Shown here: positions 1 to 12,859 of the stretch, piece by piece
Numbering within the stretch: position 1 is the stretch's first letter
Layout of the letters: every line of letters starts with the position of its first letter
Assembly: GCA_030390025.1 (NCBI GenBank)
Contig: CM059431.1
Coordinates: 116,438,001 to 116,502,000 of the forward strand
Origin: Squalus acanthias
Taxonomy: Eukaryota
DNA length: 64,000 bases
Reading direction: 5' to 3'
Notes under the pieces: generated by a model
What the model was told of the DNA's origin: nothing
Seen by the model: only the letters and a program-made list of their open reading frames with translations
Database searches by the model: none
Made by a program: the position numbers and the translations under genes

Positions 1-314
1 GTGCCGGTTTGACTGTGAGACTTTCATGTTACTCCCGGTGCCATGATGCAGCTGTAAGTTCAGGGGGAAGGGGTATTCCTACTCTATGGCAGGGAGATAG
101 TTGTTGGTGGCACAGGAGAGGACTCGCTCCAGTGTCCAGGGCACAGGCTTCATCTCAACTGGGGGTGGGGCAGTGTGTGCACTGTACTGAACATGGCCTC
201 CATCACTAGCGCAAAGAATGAATAGTATTCTACCACAAGCACAGAAGCAGCAAAATTATTTGTTATTTATATAAAACCAAATATAAAGATCTTTCTTGAC
301 AGCAATGGCCTGTG

Positions 315-453
315 GACTCTAGAGGAATCAAGGGATATGGGGATTGGGCGGGAAAGTGGAGTTGAGATCGAAGATCAGCCATGATCTTATTGAATGGTGG
401 AGCAGGCTTGAGGGGCTGTATGGCCTACTCCTGCTCCTAATTCTTATGTTCTT
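315..453 (+). mobile_element. CR1 LINE 3' tail fragment
   Basis: ggaatcaagggatatgggg...gatcagccatgatcttattgaatggtggagcagg...ttcttatgttctt; the same tail follows the CR1 RT ORFs elsewhere in the window. Confidence 0.85.
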
Positions 454-458
454 ATCCC

Positions 459-1229
459 TTGGTGTCAGCTGTGACTCAATTGGTAGCACTCTCACCTCCA
501 AGTCATGAAGGTTGTTGGTTCAAGCCCCACTCCAGAGACTTGAGCACAAAATCTAGGCTGACGCTCAAGTATGGTACTAAGGGAGTCTCTTCTCTCTCTT
601 AGGCAGTCCCTCGGAACCGAGGATGACTTGCTTCCACATTAAAAATGAGTTCTCAGGTGACTGATGAGTCCAATGCGGGACCTTCCCGGATGCTTCCCCT
701 CCTCTTTGTGCGGTCTTGGGCCAGATATTCCCAGGTGTCAGTGGGGATGTTGCACTTTTTCAAGGAGGCTTTGAGGGTGTCCATGAAGCATTTCCTCTGC
801 CCGCCTGGGGCTCTCTTGCCGTGTCGGAGCTCCGAGTAGAACGCTTGTTTTGGGACTTTTGGGAGACTCCCAAAACTGAGGGAGTGCTGCACTGTTGGAG
901 GTGCTGTCTTTCGGATGAGACGTTAAACTGAGGCCCTGTCTGCTCTCTCAGGTGGACGTAAAAGATCTTGTAGCACTTTTTCGAAGAAGAGCAGGGGAAT
1001 TTTCCCCGGTGTCCTGGCCATTATTTATCTCTCAATCAACATCACTAAAAAACAGATTATCTGGTCATTATCACATTGCTGTTTGTGGGAGCTTGCTGTG
1101 CGCAAATTGACTGCCTTGTTACCTACATCACGGCAGTGACTGCACTTCAAAATGACTTCATTGGTTGTAGAGCGATTTGGGACGTCCTGAGGTTGTGAAA
1201 GATGCTATATAAATTCAAGTCTGTCTTTC
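459..1229 (+). mobile_element. tRNA-headed Deu-domain SINE (SacSINE1/AmnSINE-like), split by an RTE insertion
   Basis: tRNA-like head (tcaattggtagcac...ggttcaagcccc), Deu-like core (ggaggtgctgtctttcggatgagacgttaaactgaggcc), L2-like tail (gctatataaattcaagtc); a homologous intact copy lies at 42882-43327 (-). Confidence 0.75.
587..874 (-). mobile_element. RTE-clade LINE 3' end, 5'-truncated
   Basis: Translates to KQAFYSELRHGKRAPGGQRKCFMDTLKASLKKCNIPTDTWEYLAQDR, a typical RTE C-terminus; flanked by act(a/g)agggagt at 576-586 and 875-885. Confidence 0.8.
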
Positions 1230-1344
1230 ATTTTTCTTTCCTTCCTGCCCACCTTAGCTCCCAGCAGCACCAATCTCGCCCCTCCTTAAAACTGCCCCCT
1301 CTATGGCTTCTGGCATATTAGCCCATTTGAAGACATCAGCTTCT

Positions 1345-2243
1345 ATTTCCACTCCCACATCGTTACCCTTGGAGTCCCCTAAGGATCTATCCTTGGCCCC
1401 CTCCTATTTATCATCTACATGCTGCCCCTCGGCGACATCATTTGTAAACACAACATCAGGTTCCACGTGTACGCTGATGACGCACAGCTGTGCCTCACCA
1501 ACACCTCTCCCGATCCCTCCACTGCCTCTGATTTGTCCCACTGCTTGTCTGACATTCAGTGCTGGATGAGCAATGTCTTCAGCCCTCGCCAGAAAATCCG
1601 TTTCCTGGCCACTGACTCCATCCCTCTCCCTGGCCACTGTCTGAGGCTGAACCAGACCGTTCGCAACCTCAGCTTTCTATCTGACCCTGATGAGCTTCTG
1701 ACCCCATATCCTCTCCATCACCAAGACCGCCTACTTCCACCTCCATAACATCGCCCGTCTCCACCCATGCCTCAGCTCATCTGCTACTGAAACCCTCATC
1801 CGTGCCTTTGTTACCTCTAGGCTCAACCATTCCAATTCTCTCCTGGCTGGCCTCCCACCTTGCACGCTCTGCAAACTTGAGCTGATCCAAAACTCTGCTG
1901 CCCGTATCCTAACTCGCACCAAGTCCTGTTCACCCATCACCCCAGCGTTCGCTGATCTTCATTGGCCCCAGGTCCAGCAACGCTTCGATTTTAAAATTCA
2001 CATCCCTGGTTTCAAATCCTCCATGGCCTTGTCCCTCCCTATCTCTGTATCCTCCTCCAGCACAACAACCCTTCGAGATAACTGTGCTCCTTCACTTCTG
2101 GCATTTTGCACATCCCCGATTTTAATCGCTCCACCATTGGCGGCTGTGCCAACAGTTTCCTAGGCCCTAAGCTCTAGAATTCGCTCCCTAAACCTCTCCG
2201 CCTCTTGAGCACTCTCTCCTCCTTTAAGATGCTACTTAAATCC
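1345..2243 (+). mobile_element. L2-clade LINE fragment (RT C-terminal half), decayed
   Basis: GVP.GSILGP / YMLPLGDII...FHVYADDAQL motifs with frameshifts; homologous to 43783-45090 (-). Confidence 0.85.
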
Positions 2244-2745
2244 CAAGGGGGAAAGATTCGGTTGGTTAGCGCCTCCCGTTAGCGCCTCGGGGGCGGGGGG
2301 GGGGCTAACGGGGCACTAACGACTTACCGCCCAAGCGCGGCGATTTTAGCGCCACCTGCAAAATTGAACTGGTTGCTTGCGGTGGTGCTAAACACTACCA
2401 CCACAATCTCCTGCACCTGGAGATCGTGATTTCATCGGAGCGCGTATCGCCCCGGTAGCGCCCTGGACCGAAATTGATTCTCGCCCCCTGCCTCAGAGCC
2501 TGGTGCTAGGAACGACAGGTAGAGGGGGACGGTTTGCAGTCGGCTGTGAGCTGGGGGAGCGCTATTTAAAGGCGTGCACTTCCTGCTTTTTCCTGTCGGC
2601 AATCAATTCTGCATACACATGTTGAGAGAGGGAGAGAGGCATCTGGAGACATTTAACATTATCCTACAAGGAGCTTTTTTCCTCAGCAAGACTTTTCAGG
2701 TTCCCATTTCTGTCAGTTTCATTACTGCTACATTTAGAAGATTAA

Positions 2746-3856
2746 ATGGGGGCTGTACTAGCACGGGGCCTCGTCCTCCAGCTTCACCGTCGGAGGCAGC
2801 GGAGGCGGAGAGAGAGAGTGGAAAACGTGGCCAGAGGGAGGAGGGCCAACAGGGCTCTGCACAGGAGACCTTACCCTCCCAGGGTATTCTGGGAGCAATT
2901 CTCATCTATCCATCTGTCCGAGGAGCAGTGTTTTAGAAGGCTCCACTTCAGCAAGGAGGTGGTCACTGAGCTCTGCCACGTCCTGCAGCCAGAGCTCCAG
3001 CCTCAGCTCAGGACCAGGACGTCTCTGTCGGTGGCAGTGAAGGCAACAGTGGCTCTGAATTTCTACGCCAGCAGCTCCTTCCAGGCTTCAACAGGGAATA
3101 TTGCGAACATCTCCCAGTTTGCTGCCCATTGTTGCATCCGGGAGGTCACAAATGCCCTCTACAAAAGGAGAAGGGAGTACATCTCATTCCCCATGACCCT
3201 GAGACTTCGCTAGGATATGGGGCTTCCCTATGGTTCAGGGCGCCATTGACTGAATGCACCTGGCATTGTGGGCACCTCATGAAAATGCAGAGGTTTCCCG
3301 CAATCGCAAAGGCTTCCACTCTCTGAACGTCCAGTTGGTTTGCGACCACAGACAGCGCATCCTCGCCGTCAATGCCCGCTATCCTGGCAGCAGCCACGAT
3401 GCATTCATCCTGCGCCAGACTGGTATCCCAGACCTGTTCCAACCACCGCATCAACCTCGTGGCTGGTTCCTCGGGGTCAAGGGTTATCCACTCTGCACCT
3501 GGCTGATGACACCGCTCCGTAACCCCAACGCTCCTGCTGTGCTCACATACAATGAGAGCCATAGCACCACTAGGAACCTCATTGAACAGACGATCGGCAT
3601 GCTGCAGTACTCCCCCGATCGAGTATCGGCTTTCATTGTTGTGTGCTGCATGCTTCACAACCTCGCAATTCTGAGGACCCAGCCATTGCCACCAGGGATT
3701 GGTGCACCGCCTCAGGAGGAGGAAGAGGGAGAGGAGGAGGAGGAGGCGGAGGAGGAGGATGAAGAGGAGGATGAGCAGCAACAACACGGGAGGAAGGCGC
3801 TCAATGTTGCTTCTGCAAGGGCCATTCATGAACGCCTCATAAGACACCGCTTCTGA
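2746..3856 (+). pseudogene. Harbinger DDE transposase (HARBI1-family), disrupted near 3200-3250
   Basis: FRRLHFSKEVVTELC...VALNFYASSSFQ (HTH region), then GAID, NRKGFHSLNVQLVCD, PGSSHDAFIL, GYPL..WLMTP, TRNLIEQTIGML, CCMLHNLA and an acidic tail. Confidence 0.9.
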
Positions 3857-4161
3857 TGAATGACAGAGAAGATGGCTTTTGGGATCAACAAGCACATTAC
3901 AGCCATCCCGCAGACCCTATTACTGGGCAAAGTTCCAACGAGTAACATAAGGAAATTTGTTACGTTTCAATAAAAATTTTATTTTTCTTACCAACCTTGT
4001 CTTATTAAGCACAACCAATAACAAACAAACACAACAATCCATTAACAAACAAAACTGGTTCTTACCACATCAAAATAAGTCTGAACAGAGTGACCAATAT
4101 ATTTACATTACACGTCCAACTTTGGGACAAACATTCCCCCTATTTGTTTGAGAATTTTTAG

Positions 4162-6060
4162 TTAGTCGGCCTTCTTGAATGATCTCCCTCCCCTTCGCAC
4201 CTCCCCCCTTCCCACCCTACTGCTCCTCCGTAATGTGGCACCAGTGGCTGCAGCAAGGCTGGTGGAAGGCTGCTGAACCTCGGATCCAGAGACTGCAGAT
4301 GGCCTTGAAGGACGCCCTCGACCAGCTCTGGGCCTTGAGGGCCCGGCTGCAGACTGCACCAACTCTGCATGGGCGGCAGCAGTCTGGGCTGGCTGTGTTG
4401 CAGGCTGTGGCAAGTGCAATGGTGGAGTGGCGGTGGTGGGAGCAGGAATGCTGTCATCCTGAGAGAGGACAGCATCTTCCTGCTTGACCGAAACACTGCC
4501 ACACCCCTGGACAGAACCTTAGCATCCGGAGCAATCTGCTCGAGCACAGATTGCTGGCCTGCTGCGGCACCGTGAGATCCCCGGTGGACTGTGGGCGATC
4601 CACTGACGGTGGCAGCAGTCAGCATTTGCGTGGCATCAATCTGAGACTGGATGAGAACAGTCTGAGATTGGATGACACCGACCAATGACTCGATTCCAGC
4701 ACTAAGCCGTTGTGTTGCCTCGGCCTGTGCTGCAATAGATGCTGCCACCTCACCCATTACACGCTGCATGGGGTCTGGGTCCCCACGGTCTCTCTGCAAT
4801 TCAACCATCCTCTGCAACGAGGCAAGGATTGGTTTGAGGTTTTGCGCACAGATGACAGCTGTGCTGGCGGCGGACTCCTCCATGCTCCTAGCCAGTGCAT
4901 TCATGGTCTCAGGCACCTTTGCCATTGCACCCATGAGCTCGGTATGCATGCTCATCGCCTGAGTATTCATCGCCGCGATATTGAGGTCCTTATCTGAGTC
5001 CTGTGCAGCAGAACTCGTGCGCGCCCTCACCCTCCGGGGAGATGGCCCCCGAGCTTTCCTTCCCCTGCTGCAGCCCGCTGGGTCCCGGAGCTTCACCCAC
5101 ATCAGAGCCAAATCCCCTGCTCCCCTCCAGTGAACGCGCGGCCCCAGTATCGGATGTTTCACCCTCGGGAGACGCAGGTGGTGAGGCTCCGGCTTGGTGT
5201 TTGTCCTCCTCTCTCGCGTCGCTGCCACTGGGAGGCTGAGGGACAGGCTGGGCAGATGGTGGCTCACTATCTGAAAGCAGAAAGGTACAAGAGTGGCTTT
5301 AACGTGAGGGCAGGGTGGCAGGAAGGGAGCAAGGAATGGAAACAGTTTAGTTAGATGCAAAGTGGGAAAGGCTCGTGTTGTGAGCAGGAAGTGGTATGAG
5401 AGAGGAGAGAGAGATGATGAACATACCGTTGCTGTCCCCAAGGGGGTCGACCTCTCCAACTGCCACAGTGCCCACAACATGACTCGCGATGTGTCTGTGA
5501 ACTCGCTCCTCCAGCTATGTGAGGGGGTGCAGCTCTGCCTGACCTCCTCTTGTGCATTGTTGCTCCCTCCTGTTATGTGAAAGCTTGGCCTGCAAGAAAA
5601 AGGACAGCATGTGAGTGAGTGTGCAGCCATGTGTTTAGCAGATGTGCCTACCATAGTTGAATAGCCATTAATGTCTGCAAGGTGTGAGATGTGGATGTGA
5701 CTTTCAGTAGATGGACATAGTTGTTGGGTGAGTGTTGGGGTTTGGCACTTTACACCGTCTGTGCACAGAGTGAGGTTGAGATGGTGGGATGTAAAGATAT
5801 TTCATGCATCTACTTACCCTGACCACCCGAGTGAGGTCATTGAACTTCTTGCGGCACTGCGTGTGTGTCTTTTGGACCAGGCTCCTGGATGAAACGTTCT
5901 GGGCAACCTCCCTCCACACCCTTGTAAACTCCTGGGGCAATGGCCTCCTGCCAGTGTCTGGAAACAGCACTGCCTGTCGGCATTCCACAGCGCCAACCAG
6001 AGCCACCAATGCCTGGTCGCTAAACCGGCGAGCTCTCTCCCTGGGCCTCTGAGTAGCCAT
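4162..6060 (-). pseudogene. Harbinger Myb/SANT-like DNA-binding protein gene, 3 exons (6060-5818, 5589-5427, 5270-4162)
   Basis: MATQRPRERARRFSDQALVALV...WREVA...QCRKKFNDLTRVVR|gtaagt; acceptors ttgcag|GCC and tttcag|; second donor |gtatgt; in-frame TAG in exon 2 and frameshifts in exon 3. Confidence 0.8.
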
Positions 6061-8186
6061 GATAATCGTCTTTCAAGATTTGCACCTCCTTGCAGGTCCA
6101 GGTCAAAAGCAGCAATGATCAGGGTGAGGCTGTGCAGCATGATGGACCCTCCACTTTAAAAACTGCAAGACCCCAGTCTGTCTGAGTACTAGGTAATTGA
6201 CATCGCACGAGCTTGAGTAGAGCCCTGAGGTAGCGCCTCGTTCCCTGTCGTTAGCGCCCTAAGAGAAGTGTGTAGCGCTTGATTTAGCGCTTCAATCACC
6301 TCTAGGGGCGCTGGAGACGAATTTTGCAGTCGCTGGCGATAATTTGCGCCGGGCGCTATATTTTGCGCCCAGCCGATGTTTGCGCCCCAAAATGATCGAT
6401 ACCGAATTTTTCCCCCTATAATTCATATTTGAGCTATAACGTAGAGTTCACAAATTATATTACAGATTGTCAGTGAGTTGGTTTGCAGCTTTGGAATAGG
6501 TAATAAAATTAGAATTTAATTGATTTTATGCAATACTAAATTTCTACTCAAAATGCATTTCAAGTAATGAGGACCAATCTTCCAAACGCATGCTGCTGGT
6601 GGGGAATCTCATCTGCCAGTATCATGAAATCGTGGGCACACTCCCCAAGATTTCCCATTCGTTAAAATAAATGATGAAGTTCTAACCAGGAATGTTAGGA
6701 TCGTGCATTTGCAAAATTAGCCCTATAACGCCATGCTGTGTTTCATTTTACATTTTATTAATTCCTTAACGAGCTTAAAAAAGACATGCTGTTTCCTTAT
6801 GATGCTGGTGATCGAAGCCATTTTAAAATTCTGTCTCCATGAAAGTAGTGGAATATTAATGACACACTCAACAGATCTTTTAACGTAGGTTATAGTAAAA
6901 GTATAGATGCCATAGGCAAGACAAGTTTGACATAGGCAAAAGCCTATCATCATTTGCAATTTAATAATAAAAGAGCAGGCCCATGAATCAATTGCGTAAC
7001 TGATTCTGCTTTATCACAACCTAACAATATTTTATTAATTTTATGATGGGCAATAAAACTGTTCCACAATAGATAGGTGTATAAATAATTTGCTGCAGCT
7101 GAATACAACTGACCTATTTTATTCCCCTGTTTTTGTGTTCACTGGGATTTTGTGCCCACTTAACATGGAGGAACCAGGGAATAATAAAATGAATATATTT
7201 GAAAGTGTCTCCAGTGCAGTTTTAATTGAAAATCATGTTCGCAAGACCTTTAGCCTCGCAAATTTGCATCTGGAAATAAAAAGGTCTCCCAGAGAATGAA
7301 AGTACTCTGAGCATTTTGACAATGAGTCAAATGGGTGTTAACATTTTGATCCTTTTATGCATGCAGCAATTCCTAACCGCACTCAGCACTTTGAGATATT
7401 GAGAGCACCATTGTTAGCTAAAAATAACACGCAACCGAGCAACGATTCGGAAAGCACCTGCGTTAGAATTTGCTTTGTGTCAAGTGTCCCATCAAAGTTA
7501 ATCACATCTCAAGGTAATTGTCAGATAAGGATATGTGTTAATATTGGAGATTAGCTGGAACAATGGAGGGGCAGAAAACTGATGAATAGACCATGCAGTA
7601 ATCACATTAACTATCTGGGATGGTCCAGGGCATCTCCTGTTCCTTTGTAATGTCAGGCAGGAAACATCAGATTAAATTGATTAGCAGTCGAACCATCAAG
7701 ATGGCCATTATGTCAAGGTCTGGAGATCTGGTGAGAAGGAACCTCGCTTCAATATACATTCTGGGCATCATGTGATATGACTCACATTAAAGCGGAAGGT
7801 CCTTTAAGGAGGTATGAAAGGTCTTTGGACATGTGACGGATGGATAATGAGGAAACATAAGAACGGCTGGCAGCCATCATGTAGTTAGAGCTCACGGGAC
7901 GGTCGGAAGTCCAACGCCTACGGAGGCCAAGCTTGATCACCTCGGGTCTGCAGGAAACCAGGTTGTATGAGTCTACTGTATAACCATAATCATTATTATA
8001 CTATTGGTGTCGGAGTAAAAAACTTACATTTGGAAAATATGCTCGAACCTGAACCACGAGGAATCATTTAATTGAGTTTAAAGAGATTTCCTTACAACCT
8101 GCAAGAATGCTGCTCAATGAGCTAAAGTGGAATAAGTACATTTCTGTGAGCTATTACAGTTGTGCAGTATGGAATTTCAGTGAGAA

Positions 8187-8420
8187 ATGGAGGGAAAGAA
8201 CAGAAGGTGTAAAGCAAGATTTACAGATCAAGAATTGCAAATCATCGTAAATGACATGCAGCATGGCAAAGTGCTCGCTGCGGAATCCAGGAACAAGCTA
8301 CCGATATCCAGAAAGGAAAAAAAAGCATGGGAGGCCACCTCATAGCAGGGGGAGGGGTGTCTGGAAGAATATTGAAAGGAAGGTGCAAGACTTGTGAAGA
8401 AAAGTGCCAAATGAGAACTG
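8187..8420 (+). pseudogene. Old Myb/SANT-like remnant, probably Harbinger-derived
   Basis: Manual translation MEGKNRRCKARFTDQELQIIV...KKAWEATS*, then shifted VWKNIERKVQDL*RKV; same pattern as the other Myb/SANT exons; no TIRs seen. Confidence 0.55.
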
Positions 8421-10160
8421 AGAATGCGCATTGATAAATGTACCCTATCTTATATTATATGGAGACTGCCACATATTCTAGGTCGCCATTGATGAAAATC
8501 AAAGGTATGTTATTGGTTTCAGATGACACTGCTTGATTACTTTAGTATCCTTATTCTGAGTTGAGATTTAGATGGCATTTATTCCAAAGTGATAAGAAAG
8601 ACTAGGCAGAAGATTTGAGAGGCTTTGGCAAATGGAGTCTTGGGAGATACCAGCAGGGTGGAACTGGAACTGTGGCCTCGATTTCCCTTGATTCCCTTAA
8701 TATCCAAAAATCTATCGATCTCTGCCTTGAATATACTCAACGACTGAGCCTCCACAGCCCTCTGGTGTAGAGAATTCCAAAGATTCACCGCCCTCTGAGT
8801 GAAGAAATTTCTCCTCATCTCAGTCCTAAATGGCCGACCCCTTATTCTGAGACTGTGACCCCTCGTTCTGGACTCCCCAGCCAGGGGGAAACATCCTCCC
8901 TGCATCTACCCTGTCAAGCCCTGTAAGAATTTTGTATGTTTCAATGAGATCGCCTCTCATTTTTCTAAACTCTAAAGAATATAGGCCAGTTTACTCAATC
9001 TCTCCTCATAGGACAATCCCCCCATCCCAGGAATCAGTCTGGTGAACCTTTGTTGCACTCACTCTATAGCAGGTTTATCCATTCTTAGGTAAGGAGTGCA
9101 AAACTGTACATAAAACTCCAGGTGTGGTCTCACCAAGGCCCTATATTATTGCAGTAAGACGTCTTTACTCTTATACTCAAATCCTTTTGTAATAAAGGCC
9201 AACATACCATTTGCTTTCCTAATTGCTTGCTGTACCTGCATATTAACTTTCAGCGATTCGTGTACAAGGACACCCAGGTCCCTCTGAACACTAACATTTC
9301 CCAGTCTCTCACCATTTAAAAAATACTCTACTTTTCTATATTTCCTACCAAAGTGAATAACTTCACATTTCTCCACATTATTTTCCATTCCCACCTAGCT
9401 TTGTATCATCAGCAAACTTGGATATATTACAATTGGTCCCCTCATCCAAATCATTGATATAGATTGTGAATAGCTGAGGCCCAAGCACTGATCCTTGCGG
9501 TACCCCACTAGTTACAGCCTGCCAACCCAAAAATGACCCATTTATTCCACTCTCTGTTTTCTGTCCATTAACCAATCCTCAATCCATGCTAGTATATTAC
9601 CCCCAATCCCATGAGCCCTAATTTTGTTTAATAACCTCTTGTGTGGCACCTTATCAAATGCCTTCTGAAAATCCAAATACACCACACCCACTGGTTCCCC
9701 CTTATCTATTCTGCTAGTTACAAATTCATAAATTCCCTTTCATAAACCTGTGTTTACTCTGCCCAATCCTATTATTACTTTTTAAGTTCCCTGTTACCAT
9801 GTCTTTAATAATCGATTCTAGCATTTTCCCTACTACTGATGTCAGGCTAACTGGTCTATAGTTCCCCGTTTTCTCTCTCCCTGCTTTCTTACATAGTGGA
9901 GTTACATTTGCTACCTTCCAATCCATGGGAACCATTCCAGAATCTATGGAATTTTGGGAGATGACAACCAATGCATCCACTATCTCTATAGCCGCCTGGA
10001 TGAAGGCCATCAGGTCCAGGGGATTTATTGGCTTTCAGTCCCATTAATTTCTCCAGTACTATTTCCTTACCAATACTAATTTCTTTCAGTTCCTCATTCT
10101 CACTAGTCCCTTGGTTCTCTACTATTTTTTTGCGTCCTCTTCCGTGAAGACAGACACAAA

Positions 10161-10981
10161 GGGGGCGGTTTTGCCAGCCCTGGGGTGGTACGTATGGAGG
10201 CGGGACTGCAGGGAAAATGGCAGAATTTGGAGGCGGGTGCCCATCTTGCCAGGAGGCGGGTAGCCGTCCCACGCCGGGTCCCGTCTCCTTGGAGGTGGGA
10301 AGGGATTAGAGCCTATTAACTGCCTGTTAACAGGTAGTTAACAGGCAGAAAATAGGATTATCCCCTTTTTGCCCTCACAAGTGCGGGCTTCCCGAAGGCT
10401 CCGAAACCCACCAGGTCAGCGAGGTGAGTACTGGTTCTGCGGGGGTCGGGGGGAGGGGGTGCAAAAGTGTGCTGTGAAGGTAAGTGATGGGTGCAAGAGT
10501 GGAGAGGTGAGTATCTGAGCTAAGTGCAAAGTGATAGTAAAAGTGTACTTACCTTTGTTTCTTCCTGCAGGCTTCAGTCGGTGTGTATGCAGAGTCTCGG
10601 ACCTCCGTGTTGGAGCTGACAGATGGCCCTTGCATTCTCTGATGCAACAACCATCTCATTTCTGTAAAATAAAGAAGTTTGATGAGATCTTGAATTCAAG
10701 ACCTCATCAAACTACAGAGAATGTCACTGTTTGACAGCTTCACAGAGCTGTCAAATGATGACAATTCATCTGTCAAAAATTTTTGACAGATGAAACATCA
10801 TACGTTGATGCTCTCTGCAATCGGCTTTGCCTTAATTGGCCTGCTAAGCCCGCTGGGCGGGCTTAACAAGGTCAATCAAGGGGAAATAGCGTGGGTTGGC
10901 CAGAAGTTGATGGAGGTGGGACTGAAACCCGACAAGTGGGAGTCCCGCCTCCAAAGTCTCCCCATTGAGAAAATCACCCCC
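10161..10981. mobile_element. Non-autonomous Harbinger-like MITE inserted in CR1 ORF2
   Basis: Termini gggggcggtttt / aaaatcaccccc; 3-bp TSD AAA; host CR1 rejoins as cagacacaaagtattt. Confidence 0.75.
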
Positions 10982-12026
10982 AAAGTATTTGTTTAATTTC
11001 CATACCATTTCCTTATTCCCCATTATAATTTCTCCTGTCTCAGCCTGTAAGAACCCACATTTACTTTTGCTAATCTTTTCCTTTTTACAGACCTGTAGAA
11101 GCTTTTGCAGTCTGTTTTTATGTCTCTCATTAGTTTACTCTCATATTCTATTTTCCCTTTCTTTATCAATTTCATGGTCCTCCTATGCTGAATTCTAAAA
11201 TGCTCCCAATCCTCAGGCTTACTATTGTTTTTGGCAACATTATAGGCCTCTTCCTTTAATCTAATATTATCTTTAATATCTCTTGTTAGCCACATGTGGT
11301 CCATTTTTCCCATGGTGTTTTTATTCCTTAAGGGAATGCATGTTCGTTGCGAATTATGAATTATTTCATTAAATGTTTGCCATTGCTTTTCTACTGTCAT
11401 ATCTTTTAATCTAGTTTCCCAACATACCTTAGCCAACTTGCCTCTCATACTTACGTAGTTTGCTTTGTTCAAATTGAGACCCTAGTTTCAGACTTAACTA
11501 AATCACTCTCAAACTCAACATAAAATTCTATCATATTATGATCCCTGCTCCCAAGAGGCTCCTTTACTACAAGGTTATTAATTAATCATGTCTCATTGCA
11601 CAATACTAGATCTAAAATAACCAATTCCCTAGTTAGTTCCTCAACATACTGATCTCGAAAAATATCTTGAATGCATTCCATGAATTCTTCCTCTGCACTA
11701 TAATTGCAAATTCGGTTTGCCCAGTCCATATGAAAGTTAAAGTCCCCCATGATTACTGTATTACCCCTATTACATGCATCTCTAATTTTTTGATTTATAC
11801 TCTGCCCAACACTACAACTATTGTTAGGGGGCCTATAAACCACTCTCACTAATGTTTTCTGTACCTTGTTGTTTCTTAGCTCCACCCAAACTGCTCCTAC
11901 ATTTTGTTTTTGAGTGAAGATCCTTTCTCTCTACTGTCTTTATCCCCTCCTTTATTATCAGGGCTACCCTCACTCCTTTTCCATTCTGCCTGTCTCTTCT
12001 AAAAGTCAAATATCCTGGAATATTTA

Positions 12027-12523
12027 AGAACATAAGAAATAGGAGCAGGAGTATGCCATTTGGACCTTCAAGCCTGCTCCGCCATTCAATAAGATCATGG
12101 CTGATCTTCTACCTCATCTCTACTTTCCTGCACTATCCCCATATCCTTTGATTCCCTTAATATTCAAAAATCTTTTGATCTCTGTCTTAAATATGCTCAA
12201 CGACTGAGCCTCCACAGCCCTTGGGGTAGAGAATTCCAAAGATTCACCACCCTCTGAGTGAAGAAATTTCTCCTCATCTCAGTCCTAAATGGCCAACCCC
12301 TTATTCTGAGACTGTGACCCTTGCTTCTAGACTCCCCAGCCAGGGGAAACATCCTCCCTGCATCTACCCTGCCAAGCCCTGTAAGAATTTTGTCTGTTTC
12401 AATGAGATCACCTCTCATTCTTCTAAACTCTAGAGAATATTGGCCGAGTCTACTCAATTTGTCCTAACAGGACAAACCCAGGAACCAGTCTGGTGAACCT
12501 TCATTGCACTCCCTCCTTTCTTA
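12027..12523 (-). mobile_element. 5'-truncated CR1 nested in the endonuclease region of the larger CR1
   Basis: Tail aagaacataagaaataggagcagg plus RT C-terminus; aatattta on both sides (12019-12026, 12524-12531); host peptide WELNI|PGY is split. Confidence 0.85.
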
Positions 12524-12859
12524 AATATTTAGTTCCCAACCTTGGTCACTCTGCAACCACGTCTCTGTAATGGCTATTAAATCAAACCCATTTATTTCTA
12601 TCTGTGCTATTAATTCATCTATTTTGTTGCGAATGCTTCGTGCATTCAGATATAGTACCTTTAGCTTTAACTTTTTTCTATTTTTCCCTGATGTCATGTT
12701 AGTCACTGGTGCCCTATTACCTTTATTAATCTCTCTGTCCCTTCCTGACCCACTCTGCTTATCTTTACCCAGATCATTACTCTGCTCTACAGCCTTGACA
12801 TTTCTCTTACTGCTTTTGAATTATCCTTTCCTGAATCCTCCCACCCTCACTTCATTAGT

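Larger units (their letters stand above)
2247..6416 (+). mobile_element. PIF/Harbinger DNA transposon, full-length two-gene structure, inactivated
   Basis: 16-bp TIRs gggggaaagattcggt (2247-2262) and accgaatttttccccc (6401-6416), 1 mismatch; subterminal tagcgcc repeats; transposase (+) and Myb/SANT gene (-) are convergent. Confidence 0.9.

Noticed and set aside
1..250. LF-SINE-like fragment
   Set aside because: Only a short ggggcagtgtg...gcactg resemblance; insufficient without an alignment.
459..540. tRNA gene
   Set aside because: It is a SINE head with A/B-box similarity that continues into the Deu core; no proper cloverleaf.
2746..3856. Domesticated HARBI1 gene
   Set aside because: It lies within TIRs next to a Myb partner and is disrupted, so it is a transposon copy.
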